Part shown: positions 32,555 through 42,813 of the stretch, in pieces | Layout of the letters: every line of letters starts with the position of its first letter | Numbering within the stretch: position 1 is the stretch's first letter | Assembly: GCA_965216465.1 (NCBI GenBank) | Contig: CBDCFW010000006.1 | Span: 768,001 to 832,000 of the forward strand | Length of the DNA: 64,000 bases | From: Bacteroidia bacterium | Lineage (GTDB): Bacteria; Bacteroidota; Bacteroidia; NS11-12g; UBA9320 | Direction of reading: 5' to 3' | Translations under genes and position numbers: made by a program | Notes under the pieces: model-generated | What the model saw: the letters and a program-made list of their open reading frames with translations, nothing else | What the model was told of the DNA's origin: nothing | Databases searched by the model: none

Positions 32555-33004
32555 TTATCCTTGAGGATTTGCAACCGCAGGAGTAACTTTAGGAGCAGCT
32601 TTATTTACTACACCTCTAATGGTTAAGAACTCAGTTCCACCTTCTCCGTTGTGAGTAACAGTAATGGTTTTAGTGAAGTTACCTGGTCTTCCTTTAGAAT
32701 TATAAATTGCAGTGATTGTTCCTTCAGCTCCAGGAGCAATAGGTTCTTTGGTCCATTTTGGAGTAGTACATCCACAAGACGCTTTCACGCTGTTAAGTAC
32801 TAAAGGAGCATTTCCTGTATTCTTAAATGTAAATGTTACAGTTGCCTGTACACCTTCTTCGATTGTACCAAAATCATGAGATTTCTTTTCAATCTCCATT
32901 TTTGGAGTAGCTTCAGTCGATAAAGTCAAGTTTCCATTGGTTTGAGCAGTGCTCAAAGTAGTAAAGCCAAAAACAAAAGCGATTAGTATGATTAAATTTT
33001 TCAT
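32555..33004 (-). CDS. DUF1573 domain protein (tandem copy 1; start placed at MKNLIIL)
   Basis: Signal peptide, HDFG, FKNTG, ASCGCTTP. Confidence 0.88.
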   Translation of the reverse strand: MKNLIILIAFVFGFTTLSTAQTNGNLTLSTEATPKMEIEKKSHDFGTIEEGVQATVTFTFKNTGNAPLVLNSVKASCGCTTPKWTKEPIAPGAEGTITAIYNSKGRPGNFTKTITVTHNGEGGTEFLTIRGVVNKAAPKVTPAVANPQG

Positions 33005-33047
33005 TTTGTATAAATATTTTTCAAAATTAATGTTCGACACTTAATGA

Positions 33048-33064
33048 ACAAATAGAATGCCAAA
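33048..33064 (-). promoter_or_regulatory. Sigma-54-like motif upstream of DUF1573 copy 1
   Basis: Minus strand TTTGGCATTCTATTTGT. Confidence 0.45.
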
Positions 33065-33090
33065 ATATTCAGCACATCATATTGTCACAT

Positions 33091-33858
33091 TTATCCGTAG
33101 TTAGGTTTCCTTTTCTCAATAAACGCTGAGGTTCCTTCTTTAAAGTCGTTGGTTTCAAAGCTTTTAGCAAAACTGTCTATTTCGTAGTTAAAACCGTCTT
33201 TATTTTGGTACAATGCGTTCGTACACTTGATCACCTCAGCAATGGCCATGGGGCTTTTAGCCGTTAATTTTTGAATATATTTTTCACATGTCGCCATAAG
33301 TTCTTCAACTGGAACTACTTGAGTAACTAGGCCATAATCTAGTGCTGTTTGTGCATCAATAGCATTGGCACTGATTAGCATGTTCAAAGCACGTCCTTTT
33401 CCAACTATTTGAGCTAAACGTTGAGTTCCGCCGTAGCCTGGAGGAACACCAAGGTTTACTTCTGGTTGACCGAATTTGGCATTTTCACTAGCTATTCGAA
33501 CATGACAAGACATGGCAAGTTCGCATCCTCCGCCTAAGGTATATCCATTAACCGCAGCAATAACAGGAATTTCACTTGCCTCGATGGAGTCAAATACTCG
33601 ATGACCACTTGCACTCATTTCTTTAGCCTCAGCTTCGCCAAAATGTGCAAATTCAGCGATATCGGCACCTGCAGCAAAGGCTTTGGAGCCCTTACCTGTT
33701 AAGATAATTCCGCGTACACTTTTCTCGTTGTTTAATCTTTCTATTTCTTTACCAATTTCTTGGATCAATTCGATGTTCAAGGCATTCATCTTATCTTCAC
33801 GATTAATCGTGATAATCTGGATTGTTTCCTTGTTCTCTGAGAGGATGTTATTGTACAT
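33091..33858 (-). CDS. Enoyl-CoA hydratase/crotonase (start placed at MYNNILS)
   Basis: AFAAGADI, AVNG..LGGGCELA, FGQPEVNLG, PGYGGTQRL. Confidence 0.9.
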   Translation of the reverse strand: MYNNILSENKETIQIITINREDKMNALNIELIQEIGKEIERLNNEKSVRGIILTGKGSKAFAAGADIAEFAHFGEAEAKEMSASGHRVFDSIEASEIPVIAAVNGYTLGGGCELAMSCHVRIASENAKFGQPEVNLGVPPGYGGTQRLAQIVGKGRALNMLISANAIDAQTALDYGLVTQVVPVEELMATCEKYIQKLTAKSPMAIAEVIKCTNALYQNKDGFNYEIDSFAKSFETNDFKEGTSAFIEKRKPNYG

Positions 33859-33916
33859 GGCGGCAAATTTATACCAATAGAAGTTCAAGCAGAACTTTAA
33901 GTTTAAATTTGCACCG
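33859..33916. promoter_or_regulatory. Divergent promoter pair, both likely leaderless
   Basis: TAAATTTG-CCGCC-ATG on minus (33864-33871) and TAAATTTG-CACCG-ATG on plus (33904-33911). Confidence 0.55.
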
Positions 33917-36595
33917 ATGCAACTCGAAAAAACGTTAGGTTTTGATGAATTTCCTGCTTCGGGATTAGAAGAGTGGAAAGCAAAAGCAATCAAAGATTTG
34001 AGAGGAAAACCTCTAGAAGATCTTGGCTTTACGACTTCAGATGGCATTCAGATGGAGTCCTTTTTAAATCAAGAGAATAATCATCAACTTGTAGAAATTC
34101 CAGACACGAATTGGGAAATCACTCTCTTATCAAATGAGGAACTAGAAGGAGTAGACCATACTGTTAGCGATTTATCTGAATTAGGAGTTAGTCTCGGCGA
34201 ATTAAGTCTTGAAAGCTTAAAAGCAATTCAAAACCAAGATGAGGTTTATTTTGAGATTAACACGCAATTTTTAGAGAACATTGCGAAGCTTAGAGCTGCT
34301 CGAATTGCAAACCCTAATACGCGAATTAATGCGGTAATTATTCCGAAAGAGGATGAATTTGAATACAATAATTTAGTACGACAAACAATTGGAACCATTT
34401 CGGCAATTGTAGGAGCAGCACATCGAATTTGCATTTTACCTTTTAATGGTAAAGACAATTATCAGAGCAAGAGGCTGGCTCGAAACATTATGCTTTTGCT
34501 TCAAAAAGAGAGCTATTTAAATAGCATTACAGATGCGGCTCGAGGCAGTTTCTTTATTGAACAACTTACCGCTAAATACCTTGAAGCGTTAAACAATTCA
34601 TCAGTTTCTAAACCTTCAAATGAGGTGAGGTTTGTAGCAGGTATACCTCCTTATTTAAGAGGACCGTATTCTACGATGTATGCCGTTCGCCCGTGGACTG
34701 TTCGTCAATACGCTGGATTTAGCACAGCAGAAAAAAGTAATGCTTTTTATAAGAGAAATTTAGCTGCAGGTCAAAAAGGATTATCCGTTGCTTTTGACTT
34801 GGCTACCCATAGAGGATATGACAGCGACCACCCACGTGTAACTGGAGATGTTGGAATGGCCGGAGTTGCAATCGACAGCATTGAAGACATGAAAGTGCTG
34901 TTCAATGAAATTCCACTTGGAGATATTTCTGTTAGTATGACCATGAACGGTGCAGTATTACCAATTATGGCATTTTATATAGCTGCAGCAAAGGAGCAAG
35001 GGGTTGATAAAGAACGACTTGCGGGCACAATTCAAAATGATATTCTGAAAGAGTTTATGGTGAGAAATACGTATATCTATCCACCAGAACCAAGCATGAG
35101 AATCATTTCGGATATCTTCAAATACACTTCGAAGAACATGCCTAAGTTTAACAGTATCTCAATTAGTGGTTACCACATGCAAGAGGCAGGTGCAACTCCT
35201 GAGTTAGAATTGGCTTACACCTTAGCTGATGGATTGGATTATGTTAGAACTGGAATTGCAGCTGGTTTGAAGATTGATGATTTTGCCCCTCGACTTTCAT
35301 TCTTCTGGGGAATTGGAATGAATTTCTATCAAGAAATTGCAAAGCTAAGAGCAGGACGATTGCTTTGGGCTAAACTGATTAAGAAGTTTAATCCTGAGAA
35401 TCCAAAGTCAATGGCACTAAGAACTCATTGTCAAACTAGCGGATGGAGTTTAACAGAGCAAGACCCGTATAATAATGTGGCTCGAACAACTATTGAGGCG
35501 TTGGCAGCTGTATTTGGAGGTACACAAAGTTTACATACAAATAGTTTTGATGAGGCTATTGCACTACCTACTGATTTTAGTGCAAAAATTGCACGGAATA
35601 CACAGCTTATTATTCAGAATGAGACGGATATTACCAAGGTCATTGACCCATGGGGAGGTGCTGAAGTTATTGAAAACTATACGCACGAACTTGCAAACAA
35701 AGCTTGGGAATACATCTTAGAAATAGAAGAGCTTGGGGGAATGGCCAAGGCGATTGAGAGTGGAATTCCAAAGATGCGAATTGAAGAATGTGCTGCGGTT
35801 AAACAGGCCAAAATTGATAGTAACAAAGATATTATTGTTGGGGTAAATAAGTTTACAACAGACGAAAAGGCCGACTTTGAAATTTTAGAAGTAGACAATC
35901 AAGCGGTTAGAGAGAGTCAGATCGCAAGATTGAGTAAAATGAAGGCAGAGCGCAACAATGATTTAGTTGATGAAATATTAGCTAAACTCGAATCAGCGGC
36001 CTCTTCTTCTGAAAATCTTTTGGAATTATGCGTTGAAGCAGCAGAGGCGCGTGCAAGTTTGGGTGAGATTTCGCTTGCTCTTGAAAATGTGTTTGGTAGA
36101 TTTCAAGCAAATAATTCCACGATTAGCGGTGTATATTTGAAAGAGGTGCAAAACGATGATTCGGTAAAATTGGCTCGGGCGAGAGCAGATGAGTTTGCAA
36201 AAACAGAGGGAAGACGTCCGCGAATCTTAGTGGCAAAAATGGGTCAGGATGGTCACGATAGGGGTGCGAAAATTATCGCAACTGCATTCGCTGATCTTGG
36301 TTTTGACGTAGATATCGGGCCGCTATTTCAAACACCTGAAGAAGTAGCAAAACAAGCCATGGAGAATGACGTGCATATTTTGGGTGTATCATCCTTAGCA
36401 GCAGGGCACAAGACGCTAATGCCTCAAGTTGTAAATGAGCTTAAAAAGCGCAACATGGATGAGGTAATTGTAGTCGCTGGAGGGGTAATTCCGGAGCAAG
36501 ACTATGATTATTTGTACGATCACGGAGTTGACTTTGTATTCGGTCCGGGAACTGTGATAGCTGAAGCAGCGATTGATATTTTGGAAAGGTTGTAG
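33917..36595 (+). CDS. scpA: Methylmalonyl-CoA mutase (catalytic subunit fused to a shortened small-subunit-like N-terminus)
   Basis: [33 protein letters not shown]12-binding motif; extra ~235-aa N-terminal region with mutase beta-subunit motifs. Confidence 0.92.
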   Translation: MQLEKTLGFDEFPASGLEEWKAKAIKDLRGKPLEDLGFTTSDGIQMESFLNQENNHQLVEIPDTNWEITLLSNEELEGVDHTVSDLSELGVSLGELSLESLKAIQNQDEVYFEINTQFLENIAKLRAARIANPNTRINAVIIPKEDEFEYNNLVRQTIGTISAIVGAAHRICILPFNGKDNYQSKRLARNIMLLLQKESYLNSITDAARGSFFIEQLTAKYLEALNNSSVSKPSNEVRFVAGIPPYLRGPYSTMYAVRPWTVRQYAGFSTAEKSNAFYKRNLAAGQKGLSVAFDLATHRGYDSDHPRVTGDVGMAGVAIDSIEDMKVLFNEIPLGDISVSMTMNGAVLPIMAFYIAAAKEQGVDKERLAGTIQNDILKEFMVRNTYIYPPEPSMRIISDIFKYTSKNMPKFNSISISGYHMQEAGATPELELAYTLADGLDYVRTGIAAGLKIDDFAPRLSFFWGIGMNFYQEIAKLRAGRLLWAKLIKKFNPENPKSMALRTHCQTSGWSLTEQDPYNNVARTTIEALAAVFGGTQSLHTNSFDEAIALPTDFSAKIARNTQLIIQNETDITKVIDPWGGAEVIENYTHELANKAWEYILEIEELGGMAKAIESGIPKMRIEECAAVKQAKIDSNKDIIVGVNKFTTDEKADFEILEVDNQAVRESQIARLSKMKAERNNDLVDEILAKLESAASSSENLLELCVEAAEARASLGEISLALENVFGRFQANNSTISGVYLKEVQNDDSVKLARARADEFAKTEGRRPRILVAKMGQDGHDRGAKIIATAFADLGFDVDIGPLFQTPEEVAKQAMENDVHILGVSSLAAGHKTLMPQVVNELKKRNMDEVIVVAGGVIPEQDYDYLYDHGVDFVFGPGTVIAEAAIDILERL

Positions 36596-36627
36596 CTCGA
36601 TGTCCAAGGCCTTAAAGACCTAAAAAT

Positions 36628-37422
36628 CTAGACCGCCACCGGTGCTGAAATTCGCGGATGCGGATTATATCCAACCAATTCAAAATCCTCATAATCAAAA
36701 TCATAAACAGATTTAATCTCAGGATTCAGTTTAATCTTTGGATAAGGTCTTGGATCTCTACTTAATTGTTCCTTAACTTGATCAAAGTGGTTAGAATATA
36801 TATGAGCATCTCCAAAGGTATGAACAAATTCGCCTGGCTCTAACCCACACTCTTGAGCAATCATTAATGTAAGCAATGCATAACTGGCAATATTAAAAGG
36901 AACTCCTAAAAAGAGGTCGGCACTACGTTGATATAACTGGCAGCTCAATTTCCCGTCAGCTACATAGAACTGAAATAAACAGTGGCATGGAGTAAGGGCC
37001 ATATCGCTCAACTCACCAACATTCCAAGCATTAACAATCATTCTTCTACTATCGGGATTAGATTTTAGTGTATCGAGAACATTTTGAATTTGATCTACGG
37101 ATTTGCCATCTGGGGTTTCCCAGTTTCTCCATTGCTTACCATAAACAGGTCCTAAATTGCCATTTTCATCGGCCCATTCGTTCCAGATTCGTACACCATG
37201 ATCTTGAAGATACTTAACATTTGTATCTCCCATAAGGAACCAAAGCAGCTCATATACAACCGATTTAAAATGCACTTTTTTAGTCGTAATAAGAGGAAAG
37301 CTCTCACTTAAATCGAATCGCAATTGCCCACCTAAAACACTAATTGTTCCAGTTCCGGTACGGTCAGTTTTTTTTGTACCGTTTTCAAAAACATATCGTA
37401 AAAAATCTTCGTATTGCTGCAT
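36628..37422 (-). CDS. thyA: Thymidylate synthase (start placed at MQQYEDF)
   Basis: DRTGTGT, LGPVYG, SRR, PCH, YQRSAD, PFNIASY. Confidence 0.97.
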   Translation of the reverse strand: MQQYEDFLRYVFENGTKKTDRTGTGTISVLGGQLRFDLSESFPLITTKKVHFKSVVYELLWFLMGDTNVKYLQDHGVRIWNEWADENGNLGPVYGKQWRNWETPDGKSVDQIQNVLDTLKSNPDSRRMIVNAWNVGELSDMALTPCHCLFQFYVADGKLSCQLYQRSADLFLGVPFNIASYALLTLMIAQECGLEPGEFVHTFGDAHIYSNHFDQVKEQLSRDPRPYPKIKLNPEIKSVYDFDYEDFELVGYNPHPRISAPVAV

Positions 37423-37536
37423 TGTTATGCAAAGCAAGCACTATTTAAACAAAATAATACTCCCTAAAAATTACCATTCTCAACAATATTTTAACTTGGT
37501 TGTTTAGTTTTGCGGAGCTTTACATAATTTATTTAA

Positions 37537-38754
37537 ATGGCAGTAGCAATAAAATTACCACGAATGAGTGATACAATGGAAGAAGGAACCATTGTTAGCT
37601 GGTTTATTAAAGTAGGCGATACGGTTAAGTCGAGTCAAATGATTGCAGACGTAGAAACGGATAAGGCTACAATGGAATTGGAAAACTTTGAAAAGGGCGA
37701 AGTGTTGCACTTAAACGTTCAAGAAGGAGAAACTGTTCCTGTTGAAACCGTTATTGCCATTATTGGTGAAAAAGGTGAAGATTTTCAAGACCTTCTTGTT
37801 GCGGCTCCTGCTGCAACTGAAGCAGCTCCTGCTGAAGAGGTAACAGTTCAAGAAAGTGCACCTGCTGCAACTCCTGTAGCCGCACCAGCTCCTACGCCAT
37901 CCACATCTTCTAATGGAAGAACATTTGTTTCTCCACTTGCAAAGAAAATGGCTGCTGAGAAAGGAATAAACCTAGACCAAGTTTCTGGGAGTGGCGACAA
38001 TGGAAGAATTATTAAGCGCGATATAGAGAACTTTAAAGCAGCTCCTGCTGCAGCTTCAGGTCCTGTTGGAGTTGAAAGCTACGAAGAGGTTCCTGTAACT
38101 CAAATGCGTAAAACTATTGCTAAGCGTTTGTCAGAATCTAAGTTTACAGCTCCTCATTTCTATCTTACAATGGAAATCAAGATGGATAATGCTATGGCGG
38201 CTCGTAAACGAATGAATGAGTATAGCGAGCAAAAAATCTCAATGAACGACCTTGTTGTTAAGGCTACAGCAATGGCACTTAAGCAACATCCAAATGTAAA
38301 TTCGGCGTGGTTGGGAGACAGAATTAGAAGAAACCATCATGTACACATTGGTGTTGCAGTAGCAGTCGAAGATGGCTTACTTGTTCCTGTAGTTCGTTTT
38401 GCTGACTCAAAATCACTTTCTCAAATCGGAACTGAGGTTAAAGATTTAGCAGGCAAGGCTAAGAATAAAGAATTACAGCCTCAAGATTGGGAAGGAAACA
38501 CCTTTACAATTTCTAACCTAGGAATGTTCGGAATCGATGAGTTTACGGCTATTGTAAACCCACCAGATGCTTGTATTCTAGCTGTTGGTGGAGCTAAAGA
38601 GACAGTTATTGTCGAAAATGGCGAGATGAAACCGGGTCATATTATGAAAGTAACATTGAGCTGCGACCATAGAGTTGTTGATGGTGTTACTGGAGCAAAA
38701 TTCCTTCAAACCTTCAAGGAATTGGTCGAAGAGCCAGTTAGACTATTGGTCTAA
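37537..38754 (+). CDS. pdhC: Pyruvate dehydrogenase E2 (dihydrolipoamide acetyltransferase)
   Basis: Lipoyl ETDKA, AP-rich linker, SPLAKK E3-binding domain, DHRVVDG. Confidence 0.9.
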   Translation: MAVAIKLPRMSDTMEEGTIVSWFIKVGDTVKSSQMIADVETDKATMELENFEKGEVLHLNVQEGETVPVETVIAIIGEKGEDFQDLLVAAPAATEAAPAEEVTVQESAPAATPVAAPAPTPSTSSNGRTFVSPLAKKMAAEKGINLDQVSGSGDNGRIIKRDIENFKAAPAAASGPVGVESYEEVPVTQMRKTIAKRLSESKFTAPHFYLTMEIKMDNAMAARKRMNEYSEQKISMNDLVVKATAMALKQHPNVNSAWLGDRIRRNHHVHIGVAVAVEDGLLVPVVRFADSKSLSQIGTEVKDLAGKAKNKELQPQDWEGNTFTISNLGMFGIDEFTAIVNPPDACILAVGGAKETVIVENGEMKPGHIMKVTLSCDHRVVDGVTGAKFLQTFKELVEEPVRLLV

Positions 38755-38858
38755 TATCGCTTGCATTTCCCGATTTATTGGTTTACACTTGCATTGCCTT
38801 TCAGGCACTTCTACTAAGAATTCCTATTTTTTTGAGAACAAAAACTATTTATTAATAT

Positions 38859-40541
38859 ATGTACGATATTCTTTCATTGGGAGAAATGGTTCTTCCTGAA
38901 TTAAGAAAAGTAGCCGATAAATTTGAAATCAAACATAAGGGGCTAAAAAAGCAAGATCTTATTTACAAAATACTTGATTATCAAGCGGTTAACCCAGAAA
39001 AGGTTAGGGCGTCTAACGCTGACTCTCCTGCACCTCAAGCAGAAAAATCTGAAAAACCTAAGCGTCAACCAAAGCCTCGTAAGAAAGAGGATGAACCAAA
39101 GGAAAAAAGAGCTGAAAAAGAGCAATCTTCAGACGAAGAGAAGCGTGAGAAACGTTCAAGAAAACCACGTGGTGAAAAAATCAGCAGAGAGTCAAGAATT
39201 GCCAAAGCACAGAACGGCGACAATGACAAAAAAGACGATAAATCGTCAAATAATGCTGACGGTAAAGACAAATCTGAGAATAAAAACGCTGATAGCGAGC
39301 GTAGAAATAAAGAAAAAGAGCAACGCGATAGAGAAAGAGAACAACGCGATGCTGATAGAAAAAGAGCTGAAGAAGAAAAGCGTAAAAAGAAAGAAGCTGA
39401 AGAGAAACTCATTAACTATCTTGAACTTGAAGGATTAGTAACAACACAAGGTGTGCTTGAAGTTATTTCTGACGGATATGGTTTCCTTCGATCAGCTGAT
39501 TATAATTACCAGCCATCTCCAGATGATGTTTACATTTCTCCTAGTCAAGTAAGACAAAATGGACTTAAAACAGGCGATGTCGTTAACGGACACATCCGTC
39601 CACCGAAAGAAGGAGAGAAGTATTTTGCTTTGATTAACATTTTGAGTATTAACGGCAGATCGGTAGAATTTGTAAAAGATAGAGTAGCATTTCATCACTT
39701 AACTCCACTATTCCCAGATGAGAAGTTCAACTTAGAGTATAAACACAACAATTATTCAACCCGTATCATGGACTTTATTTCACCAATTGGTAAAGGACAA
39801 AGAGGATTAATAGTTGCTCAACCTAAAACAGGTAAGACTGAATTATTGAAAGATGTTGCAAATGCAATTTCTGCAAACCACCCTGAAGTTTACATGATTA
39901 TCTTGCTAATTGATGAACGTCCTGAAGAGGTTACTGATATGGCTAGAAGTGTAAAAGCTGAAGTGGTAGCATCAACCTTTGATGAACCAGCAGATAAGCA
40001 TGTTAAACTTGCCAATATTGTTTTAGAAAAAGCTAAAAGATTAACGGAGTGTGGTCATGATGTTGTGATTTTGCTTGATTCCATTACTCGTTTGGCCAGA
40101 GCGTATAACACTGTTCAGCCTGCTAGTGGTAAGATATTATCAGGGGGTGTTGACGCTAACGCACTTCAAAAGCCAAAAAGATTCTTTGGTGCTGCAAGAA
40201 ACATTGAGAATGGCGGTTCTTTAACCATCATTGCAACAGCACTTACTGAAACAGGATCCAAAATGGATGAGGTAATTTTTGAAGAGTTCAAAGGAACTGG
40301 TAACATGGAGCTCCAATTGGATAGAAAACTGTCTAACAAGCGAATCTACCCAGCAATTGATATTGTTAATTCAAGTACAAGAAGAGAAGATCTTCTGCTT
40401 GATAAACCTGTACTTCAGAAAATGTGGGTGATGCGTAATCACCTCTCAGATATGAACTCTGAAGAAGCGATGAGCACTATGCTCAACTATATGAAGGGTA
40501 CTAAGAATAACGAAGAATTCTTAGTAAGCATGAATGGATAA
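38859..40541 (+). CDS. rho: Transcription termination factor Rho with charged N-terminal insertion
   Basis: [47 protein letters not shown]. Confidence 0.97.
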   Translation: MYDILSLGEMVLPELRKVADKFEIKHKGLKKQDLIYKILDYQAVNPEKVRASNADSPAPQAEKSEKPKRQPKPRKKEDEPKEKRAEKEQSSDEEKREKRSRKPRGEKISRESRIAKAQNGDNDKKDDKSSNNADGKDKSENKNADSERRNKEKEQRDREREQRDADRKRAEEEKRKKKEAEEKLINYLELEGLVTTQGVLEVISDGYGFLRSADYNYQPSPDDVYISPSQVRQNGLKTGDVVNGHIRPPKEGEKYFALINILSINGRSVEFVKDRVAFHHLTPLFPDEKFNLEYKHNNYSTRIMDFISPIGKGQRGLIVAQPKTGKTELLKDVANAISANHPEVYMIILLIDERPEEVTDMARSVKAEVVASTFDEPADKHVKLANIVLEKAKRLTECGHDVVILLDSITRLARAYNTVQPASGKILSGGVDANALQKPKRFFGAARNIENGGSLTIIATALTETGSKMDEVIFEEFKGTGNMELQLDRKLSNKRIYPAIDIVNSSTRREDLLLDKPVLQKMWVMRNHLSDMNSEEAMSTMLNYMKGTKNNEEFLVSMNG

Positions 40542-41038
40542 TGAAGCAGCTGGTAACCATAGCGTTACTGTTTGTTTCTTTTCTAGTTCAAGCACAAGAC
40601 TCAGTGACCATACAGGGTACTGATAGTCTCCGCGTTGATATAAATAGTCCTGTTCAGAAACCTATTGCTTTTCATTGGGCTGATTCTATAGCTAATTCAT
40701 TGGCTGTCCCACCACATTTGGTTTACGAGATTGGTATGAATGAAAGTCGCTGGCAAAATCCTGATCAACCAAATTATTTAATTAAGGATGGAGACCTTCA
40801 AGTTATTGGAGCGACTTTTAATTATTGGTACAAAAGATTGAACCTTACTGGAGGAAAGACCCGATATAATTATTTGGTAGTAGGGATCAATTACCTGCAC
40901 GAATGTTATAAAATTGGAGGTACGTGGCGGAAGGCGAGATATATCTATGGTAGAGGTAGGTGGAAGGAACCTCAATACTGGACAAAACTCGAACGAAGCT
41001 TCATGAACAAAATTGATTGGTCGCAATACGATAAGTAA
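40541..41038 (+). CDS. Secreted protein with divergent lysozyme-like/SLT motifs
   Basis: Signal peptide; MNESRW (ES motif), GDLQV, GINYL; TAATG overlap with rho. Confidence 0.5.
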   Translation: MKQLVTIALLFVSFLVQAQDSVTIQGTDSLRVDINSPVQKPIAFHWADSIANSLAVPPHLVYEIGMNESRWQNPDQPNYLIKDGDLQVIGATFNYWYKRLNLTGGKTRYNYLVVGINYLHECYKIGGTWRKARYIYGRGRWKEPQYWTKLERSFMNKIDWSQYDK

Positions 41039-41055
41039 CATAACGTTACTTAACC

Positions 41056-41661
41056 ATGCGACTTTTAAAATTCTTACTTGCTTTTTCTGTTTCAATTTCT
41101 GGATATTCTCAAATTTCCGATGCTGAAGTGCGAGATCTAAAAGGAGGGAATGTACAACCAGATACGACTCCAATTTATCAGTTGCCTTACGAAGTAGGAA
41201 AAAAGTACCTGCTCATTCAAGGATGGCAAAGCAGTTTGTCTCATAAGGGTGAGATAGCCCAAGACTTTAAGATGCGAAGAGGCACTAAGATATTTGCGGC
41301 AAGAAAAGGGGTCGTTGTGCAAGTTAAGTCCGATGGAACTCAAGCAGGTTTAAAATCGAAGTATTTAGGTGAAGGTAACAATGTGGTGATAATGCACGCT
41401 GATTCAACTTTTGCTGGATATTGGCACTTGAAGCATAATGGCCCAGCGGTTAATGTAGGAGATTCAGTCGATCAAGGAGAATTTATTGGATATAGTGGGC
41501 ATACCGGATATTCGGCATTTCCTCATTTACACTTTATGGTATTTAAGTACGAAAAAGGTATAAGAAGAACTATACCTATTCGCTATTTAACAAAGAAAGG
41601 CCCAAGATATATTCGTCCTGGAAACAGGTATACTTGTGTTAGGGTGCAACAACCTGAATAA
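41056..41661 (+). CDS. M23 family metallopeptidase
   Basis: H...D (SHKGEIAQDF), YWHL, G.TG.S..PHLHF. Confidence 0.88.
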   Translation: MRLLKFLLAFSVSISGYSQISDAEVRDLKGGNVQPDTTPIYQLPYEVGKKYLLIQGWQSSLSHKGEIAQDFKMRRGTKIFAARKGVVVQVKSDGTQAGLKSKYLGEGNNVVIMHADSTFAGYWHLKHNGPAVNVGDSVDQGEFIGYSGHTGYSAFPHLHFMVFKYEKGIRRTIPIRYLTKKGPRYIRPGNRYTCVRVQQPE

Positions 41662-41740
41662 TCTTAGGTTCTCGGTATTGAAAGTAACAAATTACTGGAT
41701 CAATGAGTGCGGCCTATTCTCCTCCTTCTGCATAACAGAA

Positions 41741-42424
41741 TCAAAACATTGACCCAACATCAAGACCTAGGTAAACAAAAGTCAACGCAACAGTATCATA
41801 GACTCCGTGAGCTAAAATACTAGAATAAAGGATTTTTCGAAACATCAGGTAGATCGTTCCAAATCCAAATGCAATAATCATAGCCAGAATCATTCCTGTT
41901 GGACCTTGATAGTAATGCCCAACTCCGCTAAATAGGCTAGTTACAATCAAAGAGATTCCCCAATGAATATTTTGAGACTCCTCATCCTTGACCATCAATT
42001 TGACAATTGAATTCATAATATATCCTCTAAACAATAGTTCTTCAAAAAGTGCCCCAAAAAGCCAAGCAATTACGATGCTGATTGCAAATAGCTTAAAATT
42101 ACCTTCCAATACGTCAAATTCATCAAGATTTGGCTCCATTCCAACAAAATCAACAATGATCTCCTTCAAATAGTATGAAATCAAGAGCAATAGAATTGTA
42201 AATGGCACTACTGAAAAAATCAATGAATATGGATTTTTCGGCAAGACTAAGCCAACTCCCTTCCAATCATCATTAGTCCACGACAAACTTATCCAAGCTA
42301 ATAATGTACTAAGCGTCAGACCTAACAATAAAAAATACCCTGCATTCAGTGTTAATACAGAAGGTAGCAATACCGCGATAATGTGCAGAACCCTTCTTTT
42401 AATTATGCGTTTAGGCTGAATCAA
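41741..42424 (-). CDS. CPBP (CAAX/Abi) family intramembrane glutamic endopeptidase
   Basis: EELLFRG, F...H.YQG, AHGVYD. Confidence 0.88.
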   Translation of the reverse strand: MIQPKRIIKRRVLHIIAVLLPSVLTLNAGYFLLLGLTLSTLLAWISLSWTNDDWKGVGLVLPKNPYSLIFSVVPFTILLLLISYYLKEIIVDFVGMEPNLDEFDVLEGNFKLFAISIVIAWLFGALFEELLFRGYIMNSIVKLMVKDEESQNIHWGISLIVTSLFSGVGHYYQGPTGMILAMIIAFGFGTIYLMFRKILYSSILAHGVYDTVALTFVYLGLDVGSMF

Positions 42425-42813
42425 TTTACAATCTTACTCCCCAAGAAAGACAACGGAAGATACAGTATAATTGAGACCAAATTGAACCAAAGTGGGTGTG
42501 GGATTATTAGCATATTGGCGATGTTAGCCAGCATCAAGATGGTCCCGGTAGTAAGGGCGACTCTTTGCCAATTTGTTTTAGTAATGACTCCAGACACCAA
42601 TCCTCCAACAAATGCAGAAACTGCGAATACAATTAGCATGCTGAGCAATGCTAGAATTGGCAAACTGTCAATGAACATTTTCAATTCATCCTTCGCCTTG
42701 TAATCTAAATCTGCAGGCACAGGGAAAACTGATGCATTAATCAAATCACCTAGTCCGACGATTAACCAACCAACGAGTACGCCAACAATTACACTTAAAA
42801 TCCTATTTTTCAT
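42421..42813 (-). CDS. Hypothetical 4-TM membrane protein (start placed at MKNRILS)
   Basis: Four hydrophobic segments, PHPLWF motif, overlaps both neighbours. Confidence 0.7.
   Translation of the reverse strand: MKNRILSVIVGVLVGWLIVGLGDLINASVFPVPADLDYKAKDELKMFIDSLPILALLSMLIVFAVSAFVGGLVSGVITKTNWQRVALTTGTILMLANIANMLIIPHPLWFNLVSIILYLPLSFLGSKIVN

Noticed and set aside
33859-34047. N-terminal extension of the crotonase ORF overlapping the mutase
   Set aside because: Homology and the -7 box point to ATG 33858; the extension is antisense to the mutase start
38943-39438. Overlapping and antisense ORFs in the rho insertion
   Set aside because: By-products of the low-complexity purine-rich coding strand
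41741-42424. 'Abi' CPBP protease as a phage-defence gene
   Set aside because: The family name is historical; no defence-system partners are nearby
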